Below, piece by piece: positions 37,082 to 47,296 of a stretch of DNA of 64,000 nucleotides (position 1 is its first letter; each line of letters opens with the position of its first letter). The stretch covers positions 3,562-67,561 of the forward strand of contig CALVHX010000001.1 of assembly GCA_944329195.1 (NCBI GenBank), written 5' to 3'. Both the position numbers and the translations under genes were made by a program. The notes under the pieces are model-generated. The model was not told the DNA's origin and did not search any database. It worked only from the letters and a program-made list of their open reading frames with translations. This stretch comes from an uncultured Bacilli bacterium (GTDB taxonomy: Bacteria > Bacillota_I > Bacilli_A > RF39 > UBA660).

Positions 37082-40000
37082 GTGAGATTTTTTGATAATT
37101 TATTTGAAGTTGATTTAAGCGATAATTACTTGGTTTCTGGTTTGAATAGAGAACTAAATTGTATATATATTTATGAGTTTTTTTTAAAGAAGAAAACAAG
37201 TACTCTTGTCGTTGCTAATTCGTTATATGAAGCTAATAATCTTTATAATAGACTTTTATGTTATACAGATAAAGTCTTGTTTTTTCCTATGGATGATTTT
37301 ATTGCTAGCGAAGCAACACTGATTAGTCCGGAATTTAAAATTGAGAGATTGGCTACTTTAAATAAATTGATATTCGAAGGAAAATATATAGTTGTCACAA
37401 ATCTAACTGGTTTATTAAGATATCTTCCGAGCAAAAAATTATATGCTAGCAAAGTTATTAATATCAAGAAGGATGCTGATATTGATAGAGATGAATTTAT
37501 TTCTAGTTTATATGATCTAGGGTATGAAAAAGTTCCTATCGTTACTAAAACAGGAGAATTTGCCATTCGAGGGTATGTCATCGATATTTTTCCAATTGAT
37601 TATATTAATCCTTTTCGAATTGAGTTTTGGGGAGATACGATAGATAGTATTAAATATTTTGATTTAGAAAGTCAAATTTCTAATGATGAAGTAACTGATA
37701 TTTTGATATATCCTTTTACTGAGTTTCTAGTTGATAATATTGAAGTAGAAGATAAGTTTAGAAAACAAAAATATTTACTTAATTATTCTAAAGAAGTCGG
37801 TAGCATTTTAAATTATTTTGATTCTTTTACTTTATTTTATTATGATTATAATCAAATTATTACTAGTTATAAATTACTTAGAGAAACGATTATTTCCTAC
37901 GATAAAGAAATAGAAGAGACTATTAAGACTAATTACATGTGGGATATTTTAGATGTTAATGCGGAAAGTTGTGTTTATGTTATGGAAATTGATAGTTTAC
38001 CTCTTTTGGATATTAGAAAAGAATATAACTATCTATCTTTTAATATTGAAAACTATAGTGGTAATTTTGAAAAAATTAAAAATGATATTGAAAAATTTCT
38101 TAATAAAGGGAAAACAATTATTTTTTGTATAGAAAATGAAAGTGTTATCAAGAGGGTTGTTAGTTATTTGGATATTTCGGATGATATAATTTTTACTAAT
38201 GAAACAGAAATTATTTCTAATAAAGTTAATATTTTGAGAAAATTTATTTATAATGGTTTTATCTTCAATGATTATATTGTTATTTCTTCTAATGATTTAT
38301 TTGGTAGAGTTGAGGAACGGAAAAAAATTAAAAATAAATTTAAGGTAGGTACGAAGATTAGTAATATTAATAATTTGGAAAAGGGAGATTATATTGTTCA
38401 TATAGATCATGGAATTGGTAGATATGTGGAAATTTGTACTTTGACGAAAAATGGTTTAAAGAAGGATTATATTAAACTTGTCTACGCAGATGATGACATT
38501 CTTTATTTACCGGTGGAAAAGATTGAAAAAATTAGTAAGTTTTCTGGTAATGAGGGAGCAATTGTAAAACTTGATAAACTGGGAAGTAGTAATTGGGAAA
38601 AGAGAAAGGCTAGAGTTAGAAAACAACTTGAAAGTATTGCTGGCGATTTGATTAGAGTGTCTGCAGAAAGAGAGTCTATGAAAGGTTATGCTTTTTCGCT
38701 AGATGATGAAAATCAATTATTATTTGAAAGTAAATTTAAATACGAGGCAACTTCAGATCAACTTAAGGCTTCTGAAATTATAAAAAAAGAAATGGAGAAA
38801 AGTAAGCCAATGGATATGCTTTTATGCGGGGATGTTGGATATGGAAAAACAGAGGTTGCATTTAGAGCTATTTTTAAAGCTGTTAATGATGGTAAGCAGG
38901 TTGCATATTTGTGTCCTACTACTATACTATCTAATCAGCAATATAATTCTGCTCTACAAAGATTTGTGGATTTTCCTGTTAATATAGCATTACTTAATAG
39001 ATTTACTTCTTTTAAGGATCAAAATGTCATATTGGAAGGATTGAGCAAAGGAAAAATTGATATTCTTTTTGGTACTCATAAAATACTTAATGAAAAAATT
39101 AAGTTTAAAGATTTAGGATTGCTTGTCATTGATGAAGAGCAGAGATTTGGTGTTGTTCACAAAGAAAAAATTAAACAATATAAAAATAATGTCGATGTGC
39201 TTACTTTATCTGCAACTCCTATTCCTAGAACTCTTCAGATGTCAATGTCTGGAATTCGTGGTCTTGCTTTAATTGAAACTCCACCTGAAAAAAGATGTCC
39301 TATTCAAACATATGTTATTCCAGAAAACAAAAATATTATTAAGGATGCTATTTATAAAGAACTATCGAGAAATGGTCAGGTTTTTATTCTATACAACAAT
39401 ATTGAGAAAATTGATAGTAAACTTAATGAAATAAAGAGCTTGGTTCCCGATGCAAGAGTTCGTTATGCGCATGGAAGAATGACTAAAATAGAACTTGAAA
39501 ACATAATGAATGATTTTATTAATTATGAATTTGATATTTTACTTTGTACTACTATTATTGAGACGGGAATAGATATTCCTAATGTTAATACTTTAATTAT
39601 TTTTGAAGCAGATCATTTTGGTTTATCTCAACTTTATCAAATAAGAGGTAGGATAGGAAGAAGTGATCGCATTGGTTATGCATACTTAATGTATAGTGGA
39701 AAAAAACAGCTTACTGATTTAGCAGTGAAGAGACTTAATACTATAAAAGAGTTTACAGACCTTGGCAGTGGCTTTAAAATTGCTATGAGGGATTTGTCAA
39801 TAAGAGGTGCTGGAAACATTCTTGGTAGTGAACAATCTGGATTTATTGATAGTATAGGTATTGATTTATATCTTAAAATGTTAAAAGAAGAGGTCGATAA
39901 ATTGAAGGGTGTTAAAGAAATTAAAAGTGATAGGGAAGATAATAAGCCATTATTGGAAGTAGAAACACATATTTCTGATGATTATGTTCCAGATGATGAA

Positions 40001-40396
40001 ATTAAAATGGAGATCCATAAGAAGATCAATGAAGTTAGTTCGTTAAAAGATATTGATACGATAAGGGAAGAATTAGAAAATAGATTTGGTAAAATAACTG
40101 AGGAAATGCTTGTTTATATGCATGAAGAATGGTTTGAAAAGCAGGCTAAAGTATTAGATGTAGCTGAAGTTAATCAAACAAAAACATATGTTGAAATTAT
40201 TTTGTCTTCTGATATGTCAAAAAAGATAGATGGTGATAAATTATTCTTTTTAGCTTATGATATTTCTAAATATTTTAGATTTTTATACAAAAATAATAGG
40301 ATTCACATTTTAATTGATACTGTTAAACTTGATAAACACTTTATTTACTATTTAAATACTTTGTTTTCTAAAATGGCGGAAGTTTTTAAAAATTAA
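37082..40396 (+). CDS. mfd: transcription-repair coupling factor Mfd
   Basis: UvrB-homology N-terminus, RNAP-interaction domain, superfamily 2 translocase motifs (LCGDVGYGKTEVA, DEEQRFG, QLYQIRGRIGRS), TRG motif. Confidence 0.9.
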   Translation: MRFFDNLFEVDLSDNYLVSGLNRELNCIYIYEFFLKKKTSTLVVANSLYEANNLYNRLLCYTDKVLFFPMDDFIASEATLISPEFKIERLATLNKLIFEGKYIVVTNLTGLLRYLPSKKLYASKVINIKKDADIDRDEFISSLYDLGYEKVPIVTKTGEFAIRGYVIDIFPIDYINPFRIEFWGDTIDSIKYFDLESQISNDEVTDILIYPFTEFLVDNIEVEDKFRKQKYLLNYSKEVGSILNYFDSFTLFYYDYNQIITSYKLLRETIISYDKEIEETIKTNYMWDILDVNAESCVYVMEIDSLPLLDIRKEYNYLSFNIENYSGNFEKIKNDIEKFLNKGKTIIFCIENESVIKRVVSYLDISDDIIFTNETEIISNKVNILRKFIYNGFIFNDYIVISSNDLFGRVEERKKIKNKFKVGTKISNINNLEKGDYIVHIDHGIGRYVEICTLTKNGLKKDYIKLVYADDDILYLPVEKIEKISKFSGNEGAIVKLDKLGSSNWEKRKARVRKQLESIAGDLIRVSAERESMKGYAFSLDDENQLLFESKFKYEATSDQLKASEIIKKEMEKSKPMDMLLCGDVGYGKTEVAFRAIFKAVNDGKQVAYLCPTTILSNQQYNSALQRFVDFPVNIALLNRFTSFKDQNVILEGLSKGKIDILFGTHKILNEKIKFKDLGLLVIDEEQRFGVVHKEKIKQYKNNVDVLTLSATPIPRTLQMSMSGIRGLALIETPPEKRCPIQTYVIPENKNIIKDAIYKELSRNGQVFILYNNIEKIDSKLNEIKSLVPDARVRYAHGRMTKIELENIMNDFINYEFDILLCTTIIETGIDIPNVNTLIIFEADHFGLSQLYQIRGRIGRSDRIGYAYLMYSGKKQLTDLAVKRLNTIKEFTDLGSGFKIAMRDLSIRGAGNILGSEQSGFIDSIGIDLYLKMLKEEVDKLKGVKEIKSDREDNKPLLEVETHISDDYVPDDEIKMEIHKKINEVSSLKDIDTIREELENRFGKITEEMLVYMHEEWFEKQAKVLDVAEVNQTKTYVEIILSSDMSKKIDGDKLFFLAYDISKYFRFLYKNNRIHILIDTVKLDKHFIYYLNTLFSKMAEVFKN

Positions 40397-40480
40397 GGAA
40401 AATTTTCTTAATTTTTTTTCTTTGTTTGTATAATTCTTTATTAAAGTGATAAAAATATTAAGGAAAGTATAGGTGATAAT

Positions 40481-41011
40481 TTGAAAACAACAGGTGTTAT
40501 TAGGAGAATTGATGAACTTGGTAGGATTGTTATTCCGAAGGAAATAAGAAAAAACTTGAGAGTAAAAAATGGTGAGAGTTTAGAAATATTTGTAGAGAGT
40601 GATTCTATTATATTAAAAAAGTTTTCACAAATAGAAAGTTTGGAGGATGTTTCTGTTAATTATGTTGAGGCCTTTAATCAGATAATAAAGCATAATATTA
40701 TAGTTACTGATAGGGATAAGGTAATTGCGGTAGCGGGTCCTCTTAAGAAAAAGTATCTAGGAAAGAATATCAATGAGTTTACTGAAAGATCAATCGAAAG
40801 AAGAGATAGTTTTTCAGATAAGCAAAAGAGAAATTTTAAAATAATAGAAGATGAAGAGGAACTTGGGTATTTTTCATTTTCTTCTATTGTTGATAATGGC
40901 GATGCTATAGGCAGTGTTATTATTGTTTCAACTGATACTCCTATTACTGATATGGAAGATAAACTAGTAGTAGTTCTTTCTAAATTATTGAGTAATAGTT
41001 TACCGCAGTAG
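40481..41011 (+). CDS. spoVT: SpoVT/AbrB-family transcriptional regulator (SpoVT-like: AbrB N-domain plus GAF-like C-domain)
   Basis: GVIRRIDELGRIVIPKEIRKNL swapped-hairpin AbrB domain. 176 aa and the position after mfd match B. subtilis spoVT. TTG start. Confidence 0.7.
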   Translation: MKTTGVIRRIDELGRIVIPKEIRKNLRVKNGESLEIFVESDSIILKKFSQIESLEDVSVNYVEAFNQIIKHNIIVTDRDKVIAVAGPLKKKYLGKNINEFTERSIERRDSFSDKQKRNFKIIEDEEELGYFSFSSIVDNGDAIGSVIIVSTDTPITDMEDKLVVVLSKLLSNSLPQ

Positions 41012-41019
41012 TTATTTCA

Positions 41020-41048
41020 TAGATTCATTCTATGTTTTTTTTAGGAAA
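41020..41048 (+). terminator. rho-independent terminator after spoVT
   Basis: CATAGA-ttcat-TCTATG hairpin followed by T8. Confidence 0.55.
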
Positions 41049-41099
41049 ATTTATAAAAATTATTGAAATGTTTGTAAATGTATGGTAGAATTGTTTTTG

Positions 41100-41320
41100 T
41101 AAAGCGAAGAAGGAAAGAGTAATAGATTAGTATTTTATAGAGAGTCTATGATGGTGTAAAGTAGATAAAGAACGCTATTACAAATGGTTCTGGAGCAGTT
41201 ATATCTAATAGGTATAGACGGTGGTTACGTTATAGCTTAATGAGTGTATAATTTATAAAATAAGGTGGTACCACGGATTTTAGTTCGTCCTTTGGTTCTA
41301 TCTTATTTTTTTTGGAGGGA
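41100..41320 (+). promoter_or_regulatory. T-box riboswitch leader upstream of dut-metG
   Basis: T-box sequence AATAAGGTGGTACCACGG (consensus AATTAGGGTGGTACCGCGG) around 41262-41279. Stem-I-like AGTA and AGAGAG elements are present. A T-run lies just before the RBS. Promoter TTGAAA-17-TAGAAT upstream. Confidence 0.5.
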
Positions 41321-41329
41321 TATTATAGT

Positions 41330-41791
41330 ATGAGAAAATTTGAAAAGATTAGTTTTGAACAGTTTAGTAAGGATATTAGTAATGATAAAGAATTGTATTT
41401 GGGTTATGAGATGCCTATTAGGGCGACTAAGTATGCTGCTGGATATGATTTTTATGCTATTGAGGGATTTGAGATTAAGCCTGGTGAGATTAAGAAAATA
41501 CCTACGGGAATAAAAGCTAGTATGGAAGATGATGATGTATTACTTCTAATTGAAAGAAGCAGTATGGGATTTAAATATAATGTGAGGTTAACTAATCAAG
41601 TTGGAGTAATTGATGCGGATTATTATAATAATCAAGATAATGAGGGACATATGTGGATTAGTTTACAAAATGAAGGTAAAGAAAATTATGTGGTAAATAA
41701 AGGTGAAGTTTTTTGTCAAGGTTTGTTTATTAAATATTTAAAAATTGATAATGAAGCTAATGACTTCGTAGATAGAACAAGTAATTATTAG
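41330..41791 (+). CDS. dut: dUTP diphosphatase-like (Dut)
   Basis: dUTPase motifs AAGYDFYA, IPTGIKA, IERSSMG, GVIDADYYN. Lacks a clear C-terminal motif 5. GGAGGGA RBS before ATG 41330. Confidence 0.6.
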   Translation: MRKFEKISFEQFSKDISNDKELYLGYEMPIRATKYAAGYDFYAIEGFEIKPGEIKKIPTGIKASMEDDDVLLLIERSSMGFKYNVRLTNQVGVIDADYYNNQDNEGHMWISLQNEGKENYVVNKGEVFCQGLFIKYLKIDNEANDFVDRTSNY

Positions 41792-41803
41792 GAGATGATT
41801 TTA

Positions 41804-43339
41804 ATGAAGGAAAAGAAAAAATTTTATGTTACAACGCCTATATATTATCCTAGTGCTAATTTTCATATAGGTCATTGCTATACAACAATAATAGGGGATG
41901 CTATTGCTAGATATAAGAGACTATGTGGTTATGATGTGTTTTATTTAACTGGAACTGATGAACATGGTCAAAAAATACAGAAAAAGGCTGAGGAAGCAGG
42001 GGTTAGTCCACAGGAATATGTTGATAAAATAGTTGCAAATGCGAAAGATCTATGGAAGACTTTAAATATTAGTTATGATAAATTTATTAGAACTACTGAT
42101 AGTGAACATGTCTTATGTGTCCAGAAAATATTTAAAAAGCTATACGATAATGGAGATATTTACAAAGGTGTTTATAAAGGACTATATTGTACGCCTTGTG
42201 AATCTTTTTGGACGGAAACGCAGCTTGTAGATGGAAAGTGTCCTGATTGTGGAAGAGAGGTTTCAGAAGTATCAGAGGAAGCTTATTTTTTTAAGTTATC
42301 TAAATATCAAGATAGGTTAATGAAGTATTATGAAGATAATCCTACTTTTATAGAACCTCAATCAAGAAAAAATGAGATGATTAATAACTTTATAAAACCT
42401 GGACTAGAAGATTTATGTGTGTCTAGAACAAGTTTTAATTGGGGAATTCCTGTTTCTTTTGATGATAAACATGTTGTATATGTTTGGTTAGATGCTCTTA
42501 GTAACTATATCTCTGCTTTAGGTTATTTAACTGAAAATGACGATCTATTTAAGAAATATTGGCCTTGTGATTTACATATTGTTGGTAAAGAAATTGTTAG
42601 ATTTCATACTATTGTTTGGCCAATTATGCTTATGGCATTAGACCTACCACTTCCAAAAAAGGTATTTGGTCACGGTTGGCTTGTGATCAATGGTGGTAAA
42701 ATATCAAAAAGTATTGGTAATTATAAGGATCCTAGAAATTATGTCGATACTTATGGTGTCGATGCGGTTAGGTATTTTGTTCTAAGAGAGGTCCCATTTG
42801 GAAGTGATGGCTCTTTCTCAGAGGATGCTCTTATAAATAGGACAAATGGTGATTTAGCTAATATATTGGGCAATTTAGTTAATAGGACTATTGGTATGGC
42901 TAATAAGTATTTTGATGGTATTATTGAGGATAAAAAAACTAGTGAAGATTTAGATAATAAATTAAAAGTAGAAGCTATTGAACTTAAAGATAAAGTGGAT
43001 AAATATATGGAAAAACTTGAAATATCTAAAGCCTTGGAGGTTATTTTTGATCTACTTAGATCTTGTAATAAATATATAGATGATACAATGCCATGGATAC
43101 TTGCCAAAGATGAAAATAAGAAAGATAGGCTATCTACTGTTTTATATAATTTAATGGAATGTATTCGAATTGCTACTGTATTACTTCAAGCTTTTATTCC
43201 TGATACTGCAAGTAAGATTTTTTATCAAATTAACACTAATATTATTTCTTATGATAGTATTTCTTCTTTTGGTGGATATGAATCTGGAAATAAGGTTAAT
43301 AAATCTGAAGTTTTATTTCAAAGAGTGGAGTATAAGTAA
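41804..43339 (+). CDS. metG: methionyl-tRNA synthetase (short form, no C-terminal tRNA-binding domain)
   Basis: HIGH motif ANFHIGH, zinc knuckle CTPCESF...CPDCG, KMSKS motif KISKS. Confidence 0.9.
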   Translation: MKEKKKFYVTTPIYYPSANFHIGHCYTTIIGDAIARYKRLCGYDVFYLTGTDEHGQKIQKKAEEAGVSPQEYVDKIVANAKDLWKTLNISYDKFIRTTDSEHVLCVQKIFKKLYDNGDIYKGVYKGLYCTPCESFWTETQLVDGKCPDCGREVSEVSEEAYFFKLSKYQDRLMKYYEDNPTFIEPQSRKNEMINNFIKPGLEDLCVSRTSFNWGIPVSFDDKHVVYVWLDALSNYISALGYLTENDDLFKKYWPCDLHIVGKEIVRFHTIVWPIMLMALDLPLPKKVFGHGWLVINGGKISKSIGNYKDPRNYVDTYGVDAVRYFVLREVPFGSDGSFSEDALINRTNGDLANILGNLVNRTIGMANKYFDGIIEDKKTSEDLDNKLKVEAIELKDKVDKYMEKLEISKALEVIFDLLRSCNKYIDDTMPWILAKDENKKDRLSTVLYNLMECIRIATVLLQAFIPDTASKIFYQINTNIISYDSISSFGGYESGNKVNKSEVLFQRVEYK

Positions 43340-43536
43340 TTATAATGTTTTTGTGAAGGTTTTATCTGTAATTTATGGGTAAATCCTTTTTATTTTTATT
43401 AATAATTTTAATAAATAAATTTAAAATTAATAATTAAAACAAATTTGTAAAGTTGCAATTTTTAACTTTACTAATTATTTAAAATATGTTATAGTGATTT
43501 TTGTAGTATTGCAGTATATGGTAAAGGAGAAAAGCA

Positions 43537-43704
43537 ATGCTTAAAACTAAAAATCAAGAAGTATTATTCAAGATTGTATCTTGTATTTTTGCTGTTTTAA
43601 TGGTAGTTTTAGTTTTAATGGCTAAAAAGGTTATTGATTTAATTTATTTAGGAGTGATATTAATTATTGTTTTTAAATTTTTAATTCAGTGCGATAAAAA
43701 ATAA
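43537..43704 (+). CDS. hypothetical small membrane peptide (55 aa)
   Basis: AAAGGAGA RBS 6 nt before the ATG. Single hydrophobic helix. Not in the supplied ORF track because it is under 60 aa. Confidence 0.3.
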   Translation: MLKTKNQEVLFKIVSCIFAVLMVVLVLMAKKVIDLIYLGVILIIVFKFLIQCDKK

Positions 43705-43757
43705 TTATACTATCCTTAGGTATGATTTTTTTATTATAAGAAATAGGAGGATTTAAT

Positions 43758-44519
43758 ATGTTTATTGATAATCATTGTCATGTTTTTAGTGAATATTATA
43801 ATGATATTGATGCTGTTATTAAAAATTGTAAACTACATAATATTAATAAAATTATTATTAGTGGTACTGATATTAGTTCTAATATGGAGGTTTTGGAATT
43901 AGTTAATAAGTATGATATTGTCTATGGTACTATTGGGTTTCATCCTACAGAGTTGGATGATTTTAAAGATTCATATTTTGATTGGTTAGAAAGTAATATT
44001 GATAATAATAAAATTATTGGAATTGGAGAAATTGGACTTGACTATCATTACGACAATACTGATAAAAATAAGCAAATAGAAGTTTTTAAAAGACAACTAT
44101 GTATAGCAGAAAAACATGGTATGCCTATTATAGTTCATAGTAGAGATTCGATGGGAGATACATATAATATATTAGAAAGGTATAAATTAAATGGTGTTAT
44201 TCATTGTTTTAGCGGCTCAGTAGAAATGGCTAGAGAATTTACAAAAATTGGATATTATATTGGTGTTGGTGGTATAATTACTTATAAAAATGCTAAAACT
44301 ATAAAAGAAGTAGTAAAAGATATCTCTTTATCATATATTTTGTTAGAAACAGATTCTCCATATTTGTCTCCAGAACCATTTAGAGGGAAGGTGAATTATC
44401 CTTCAAATATACCTTTAATTGCAAAAGCAATAGCGGACATTAAAAGTGTTTCTATCACAGACGTAGCAAGGGTCACGACCTCAAATAGTGAGTCGGTATT
44501 TGACTTTTTTAGAAAATGA
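43758..44519 (+). CDS. tatD: TatD-family metal-dependent DNase/hydrolase (YabD)
   Basis: MFIDNHCHV and the HxH/E/H/H/D metal ligands. Position after metG as in B. subtilis. Confidence 0.85.
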   Translation: MFIDNHCHVFSEYYNDIDAVIKNCKLHNINKIIISGTDISSNMEVLELVNKYDIVYGTIGFHPTELDDFKDSYFDWLESNIDNNKIIGIGEIGLDYHYDNTDKNKQIEVFKRQLCIAEKHGMPIIVHSRDSMGDTYNILERYKLNGVIHCFSGSVEMAREFTKIGYYIGVGGIITYKNAKTIKEVVKDISLSYILLETDSPYLSPEPFRGKVNYPSNIPLIAKAIADIKSVSITDVARVTTSNSESVFDFFRK

Positions 44520-44561
44520 TGTTACAATTAATATGCTTAAAATATTAATGAGGTGAAAGAA

Positions 44562-45251
44562 ATGAAAAAAATGGCAGCTAAACTAATAACTATTTCATCG
44601 CAAATATTAGTAGTTTGTCTGTTTTTGATAGTATTATTTAATAATAATACTAAACAAAGTAAAACTATAATTGTAGATAATAATAATTTTAATAAAATGG
44701 CTGATTCGGTGTCTTCGCTTTTTAAAGAGGAAGAAATGATACTTGATTCGGTTGATGATAGTATTATTGATCCTTTATTGGATGAGGATGATGTTGTAGT
44801 TGAACAGGAGGAAGAAGAAAAAGAAGAGGTCGTTACAGAAGTAGAAGATGAGATTTCTCCTACCGTGGAAGAGACACCAAATTTATCAATCGATAAAGAA
44901 CCTATTTCTGTTGTCACTGGTAATTTAACTGGGTATGGTCCTGACTGCAATGGATGTAGTGGTATTACTAATAGTGGATATGATGTTTCTAATACTATAT
45001 ATTATAATGATCATGAATATGGTGATGTTAGAATATTAGCAGCGGATCCTTCGTTTCCCCTGTATTCGATTATAAGAGTTAGTAATGTTCCTAATTTGGA
45101 TTCTTTTATTGCAATTGTTCTAGATAGAGGTGGAAATGTTGGATACGGTAAGGGTACTTTATTTGATTTACTTTTTGCAACAGAGAAGGATCCAAACATT
45201 TTAAGTCTAACTGAAAATGTAACATTTGAACTTTTAAGAAGTGGTAAATAA
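44562..45251 (+). CDS. 3D-domain (RlpA/MltA-like) cell-wall protein, YabE/YuiC-like
   Basis: N-terminal TM anchor, acidic linker, C-terminal 3D domain (DPSFPLYSIIRV...IVLDRGGNVGYGKGTLFDLLF). Confidence 0.6.
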   Translation: MKKMAAKLITISSQILVVCLFLIVLFNNNTKQSKTIIVDNNNFNKMADSVSSLFKEEEMILDSVDDSIIDPLLDEDDVVVEQEEEEKEEVVTEVEDEISPTVEETPNLSIDKEPISVVTGNLTGYGPDCNGCSGITNSGYDVSNTIYYNDHEYGDVRILAADPSFPLYSIIRVSNVPNLDSFIAIVLDRGGNVGYGKGTLFDLLFATEKDPNILSLTENVTFELLRSGK

Positions 45252-45311
45252 CTTCTTTTTTTTCGACATTTTTTTTGTTTCGATCGTCATATAATTGTAT
45301 AGGAGATAGAA

Positions 45312-46238
45312 ATGAAAAAAGTAATTATATTTACAATATTTATTCTTTTTCTTCCTTTTTTGATAGTTAACTTTTATCAAATTAATGAAAAAAAAGAAAT
45401 AAAAATTAATTATGTTTCAAATACTATTATTAGAGTAAAAAGGTTATCTACTGGAAATATTGAATCTCTTCCTTTAGAGGAATATATTGTAGGAGTCCTT
45501 GCTGGAGAAATGCCTATTTATTTTGAAAAAGAAGCTTTTAAAGCTCAAGCTGTGGCGGCAAGAAGTTATGCTCTGAAAAGAATGGAGTACAATAAAGATA
45601 ATGATTATGATGTAGTTGACTCTGTTTTAAATCAAGTTTATTTAGATAACGAATATTTAAAAGAAGCGTGGGGTGATGATTATATTGATAATATTAATAA
45701 GCTAAAAGAAGTTGTCAATGAAACTTCAATGGAATATTTGGATTATAATGGCCAAGTAATTGATGCACTGTTTTTTTCGACAAGTAATGGTTATACAGAA
45801 AGTGCCTCCTTGGTTTTTAATATTGATCTACCGTATTTACAGAGTGTTAAGTCTTCGTGGGATGAGAAGACAAGTTCTGCTTTTAGAGGAAGTATGACGA
45901 TATCTTTAAGTGATTTTTATATAAGACTTGGTATTGAATATAGTAGTGATCTCGATGTTAAAATTTTAAAACGAAGTTCGACAAATAGAGTGCTTAGTTT
46001 AAGTATAAATGGTAATGATTTTTCTGGAAGAACACTATATGATAAATTGGGACTTAAATCTACTGATTTTACAATTGAACAAATAGAAAATAATGTTTTA
46101 ATTAATACTGTTGGTTATGGTCATGGTGTTGGTATGAGTCAGTATGGCGCGGAAGGAATGGCTAAAGAGGGTTATAATTATGTCGATATATTAAAATATT
46201 ATTATACTGGTACTGATATTAAAAAAATTGAAAATTAG
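45312..46238 (+). CDS. spoIID: SpoIID/LytB-domain protein (stage II sporulation protein D-like lytic transglycosylase)
   Basis: N-terminal TM, SpoIID motifs GVLAGEMP, AQAVAARSYAL, FFSTSNGYTESA. Confidence 0.7.
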   Translation: MKKVIIFTIFILFLPFLIVNFYQINEKKEIKINYVSNTIIRVKRLSTGNIESLPLEEYIVGVLAGEMPIYFEKEAFKAQAVAARSYALKRMEYNKDNDYDVVDSVLNQVYLDNEYLKEAWGDDYIDNINKLKEVVNETSMEYLDYNGQVIDALFFSTSNGYTESASLVFNIDLPYLQSVKSSWDEKTSSAFRGSMTISLSDFYIRLGIEYSSDLDVKILKRSSTNRVLSLSINGNDFSGRTLYDKLGLKSTDFTIEQIENNVLINTVGYGHGVGMSQYGAEGMAKEGYNYVDILKYYYTGTDIKKIEN

Positions 46239-46286
46239 TGTATATATTTTATAAATTAGGAAACAATTATAGTAGAGGTGAGAATA

Positions 46287-46928
46287 ATGAATAGTAGAAA
46301 GGTTAAACCGTATGTAATTCCAATAATTTATGGTATATGCGTGATTGCTTTTTTGTTTAGTATGTATTTTTTGGGAGGATTTGTAAATAACATACTTTTT
46401 TCTGAAGATGATAATTTGGAGTATGTTGATGGAGATATTACTGATAATGATGACAATGATATTCCAGTAGTCAGTACCTCTGTAAAAATCGTGAGACCAT
46501 TTTTGGATAGTTCTGTATCTATAGCTAAAACTTTTTATGATTATGAGGGTGAGGCCGAAGAGCAGGAGAATTCAATTCTCTTTTATGAAGATACTTATAT
46601 TCAAAATTCTGGTGTAGATTATGCTAGTACTGATCAGTTTGATGTTATTAGTATTTTGGATGGTACAGTTATTTCTGTCGAAGAAAATGATATACTTGGT
46701 ACAACTGTTGAAATTAGACATTCTAATGATTTGATTTCCATCTATCAAAGTTTATCTGATGTCTCTGTGAAAAAAGATGATCAAATAATTCAAGGACAAA
46801 TAATTGCTAAAAGTGGTGTTTCTAATATTAATAAAGAACTTGGTAATCATTTGCATTTTGAGTTATATTATAAAGGTAAGATTGTTAACCCAGAAGAGTA
46901 TTACAATAAATCAGTAGAAGAATTATAG
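46287..46928 (+). CDS. M23/LytM-family peptidase-domain membrane protein
   Basis: N-terminal TM. M23 domain with HLHFELYYKGKIVNP (HxH motif). Confidence 0.6.
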   Translation: MNSRKVKPYVIPIIYGICVIAFLFSMYFLGGFVNNILFSEDDNLEYVDGDITDNDDNDIPVVSTSVKIVRPFLDSSVSIAKTFYDYEGEAEEQENSILFYEDTYIQNSGVDYASTDQFDVISILDGTVISVEENDILGTTVEIRHSNDLISIYQSLSDVSVKKDDQIIQGQIIAKSGVSNINKELGNHLHFELYYKGKIVNPEEYYNKSVEEL

Positions 46929-46989
46929 GCAGTAATGCCTTTTTTTACATAATTTTTTTCCTAATTAATATGATTATTTAGGGGGATAC

Positions 46990-47247
46990 ATGAATAATAA
47001 AATTTATAATAGAGTTATTGCGGAAGCTAATTATATTTTAAAAACGAATAAAACAATAAGAGAAGTTTCAAAAGTTTTTGGTGTTTCAAAAAGCACCGTA
47101 CATAAAGATATAAAGGAGAAGTTATTTGACATTGACAAAAAAATGTATGATAGAGTGTCAAGTGTATTTGTTTATCATGCTTATATAAAGCACATTAGAG
47201 GTGGAGAGGCTACAAAAAGGAAATTTTTGGAGAAAAAATGTGATTAA
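46990..47247 (+). CDS. spoIIID: SpoIIID-family DNA-binding protein (stage III sporulation protein D-like)
   Basis: 85 aa, HTH TIREVSKVFGVSKSTVHKDI. spoIID-spoIIID-mbl synteny. Confidence 0.7.
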   Translation: MNNKIYNRVIAEANYILKTNKTIREVSKVFGVSKSTVHKDIKEKLFDIDKKMYDRVSSVFVYHAYIKHIRGGEATKRKFLEKKCD

Positions 47248-47296
47248 AACTGTAAAAATTGGTTAAAATATGATAAAATGTAAATAAGGATGGTGA

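Noticed and set aside
41330-41791. T-box-regulated ORF as a mis-called aminoacyl-tRNA synthetase fragment or leader peptide
   Set aside because: The translation carries four of the five canonical dUTPase motifs in the correct order. It is a dUTPase-like gene, possibly C-terminally truncated, sitting upstream of metG.
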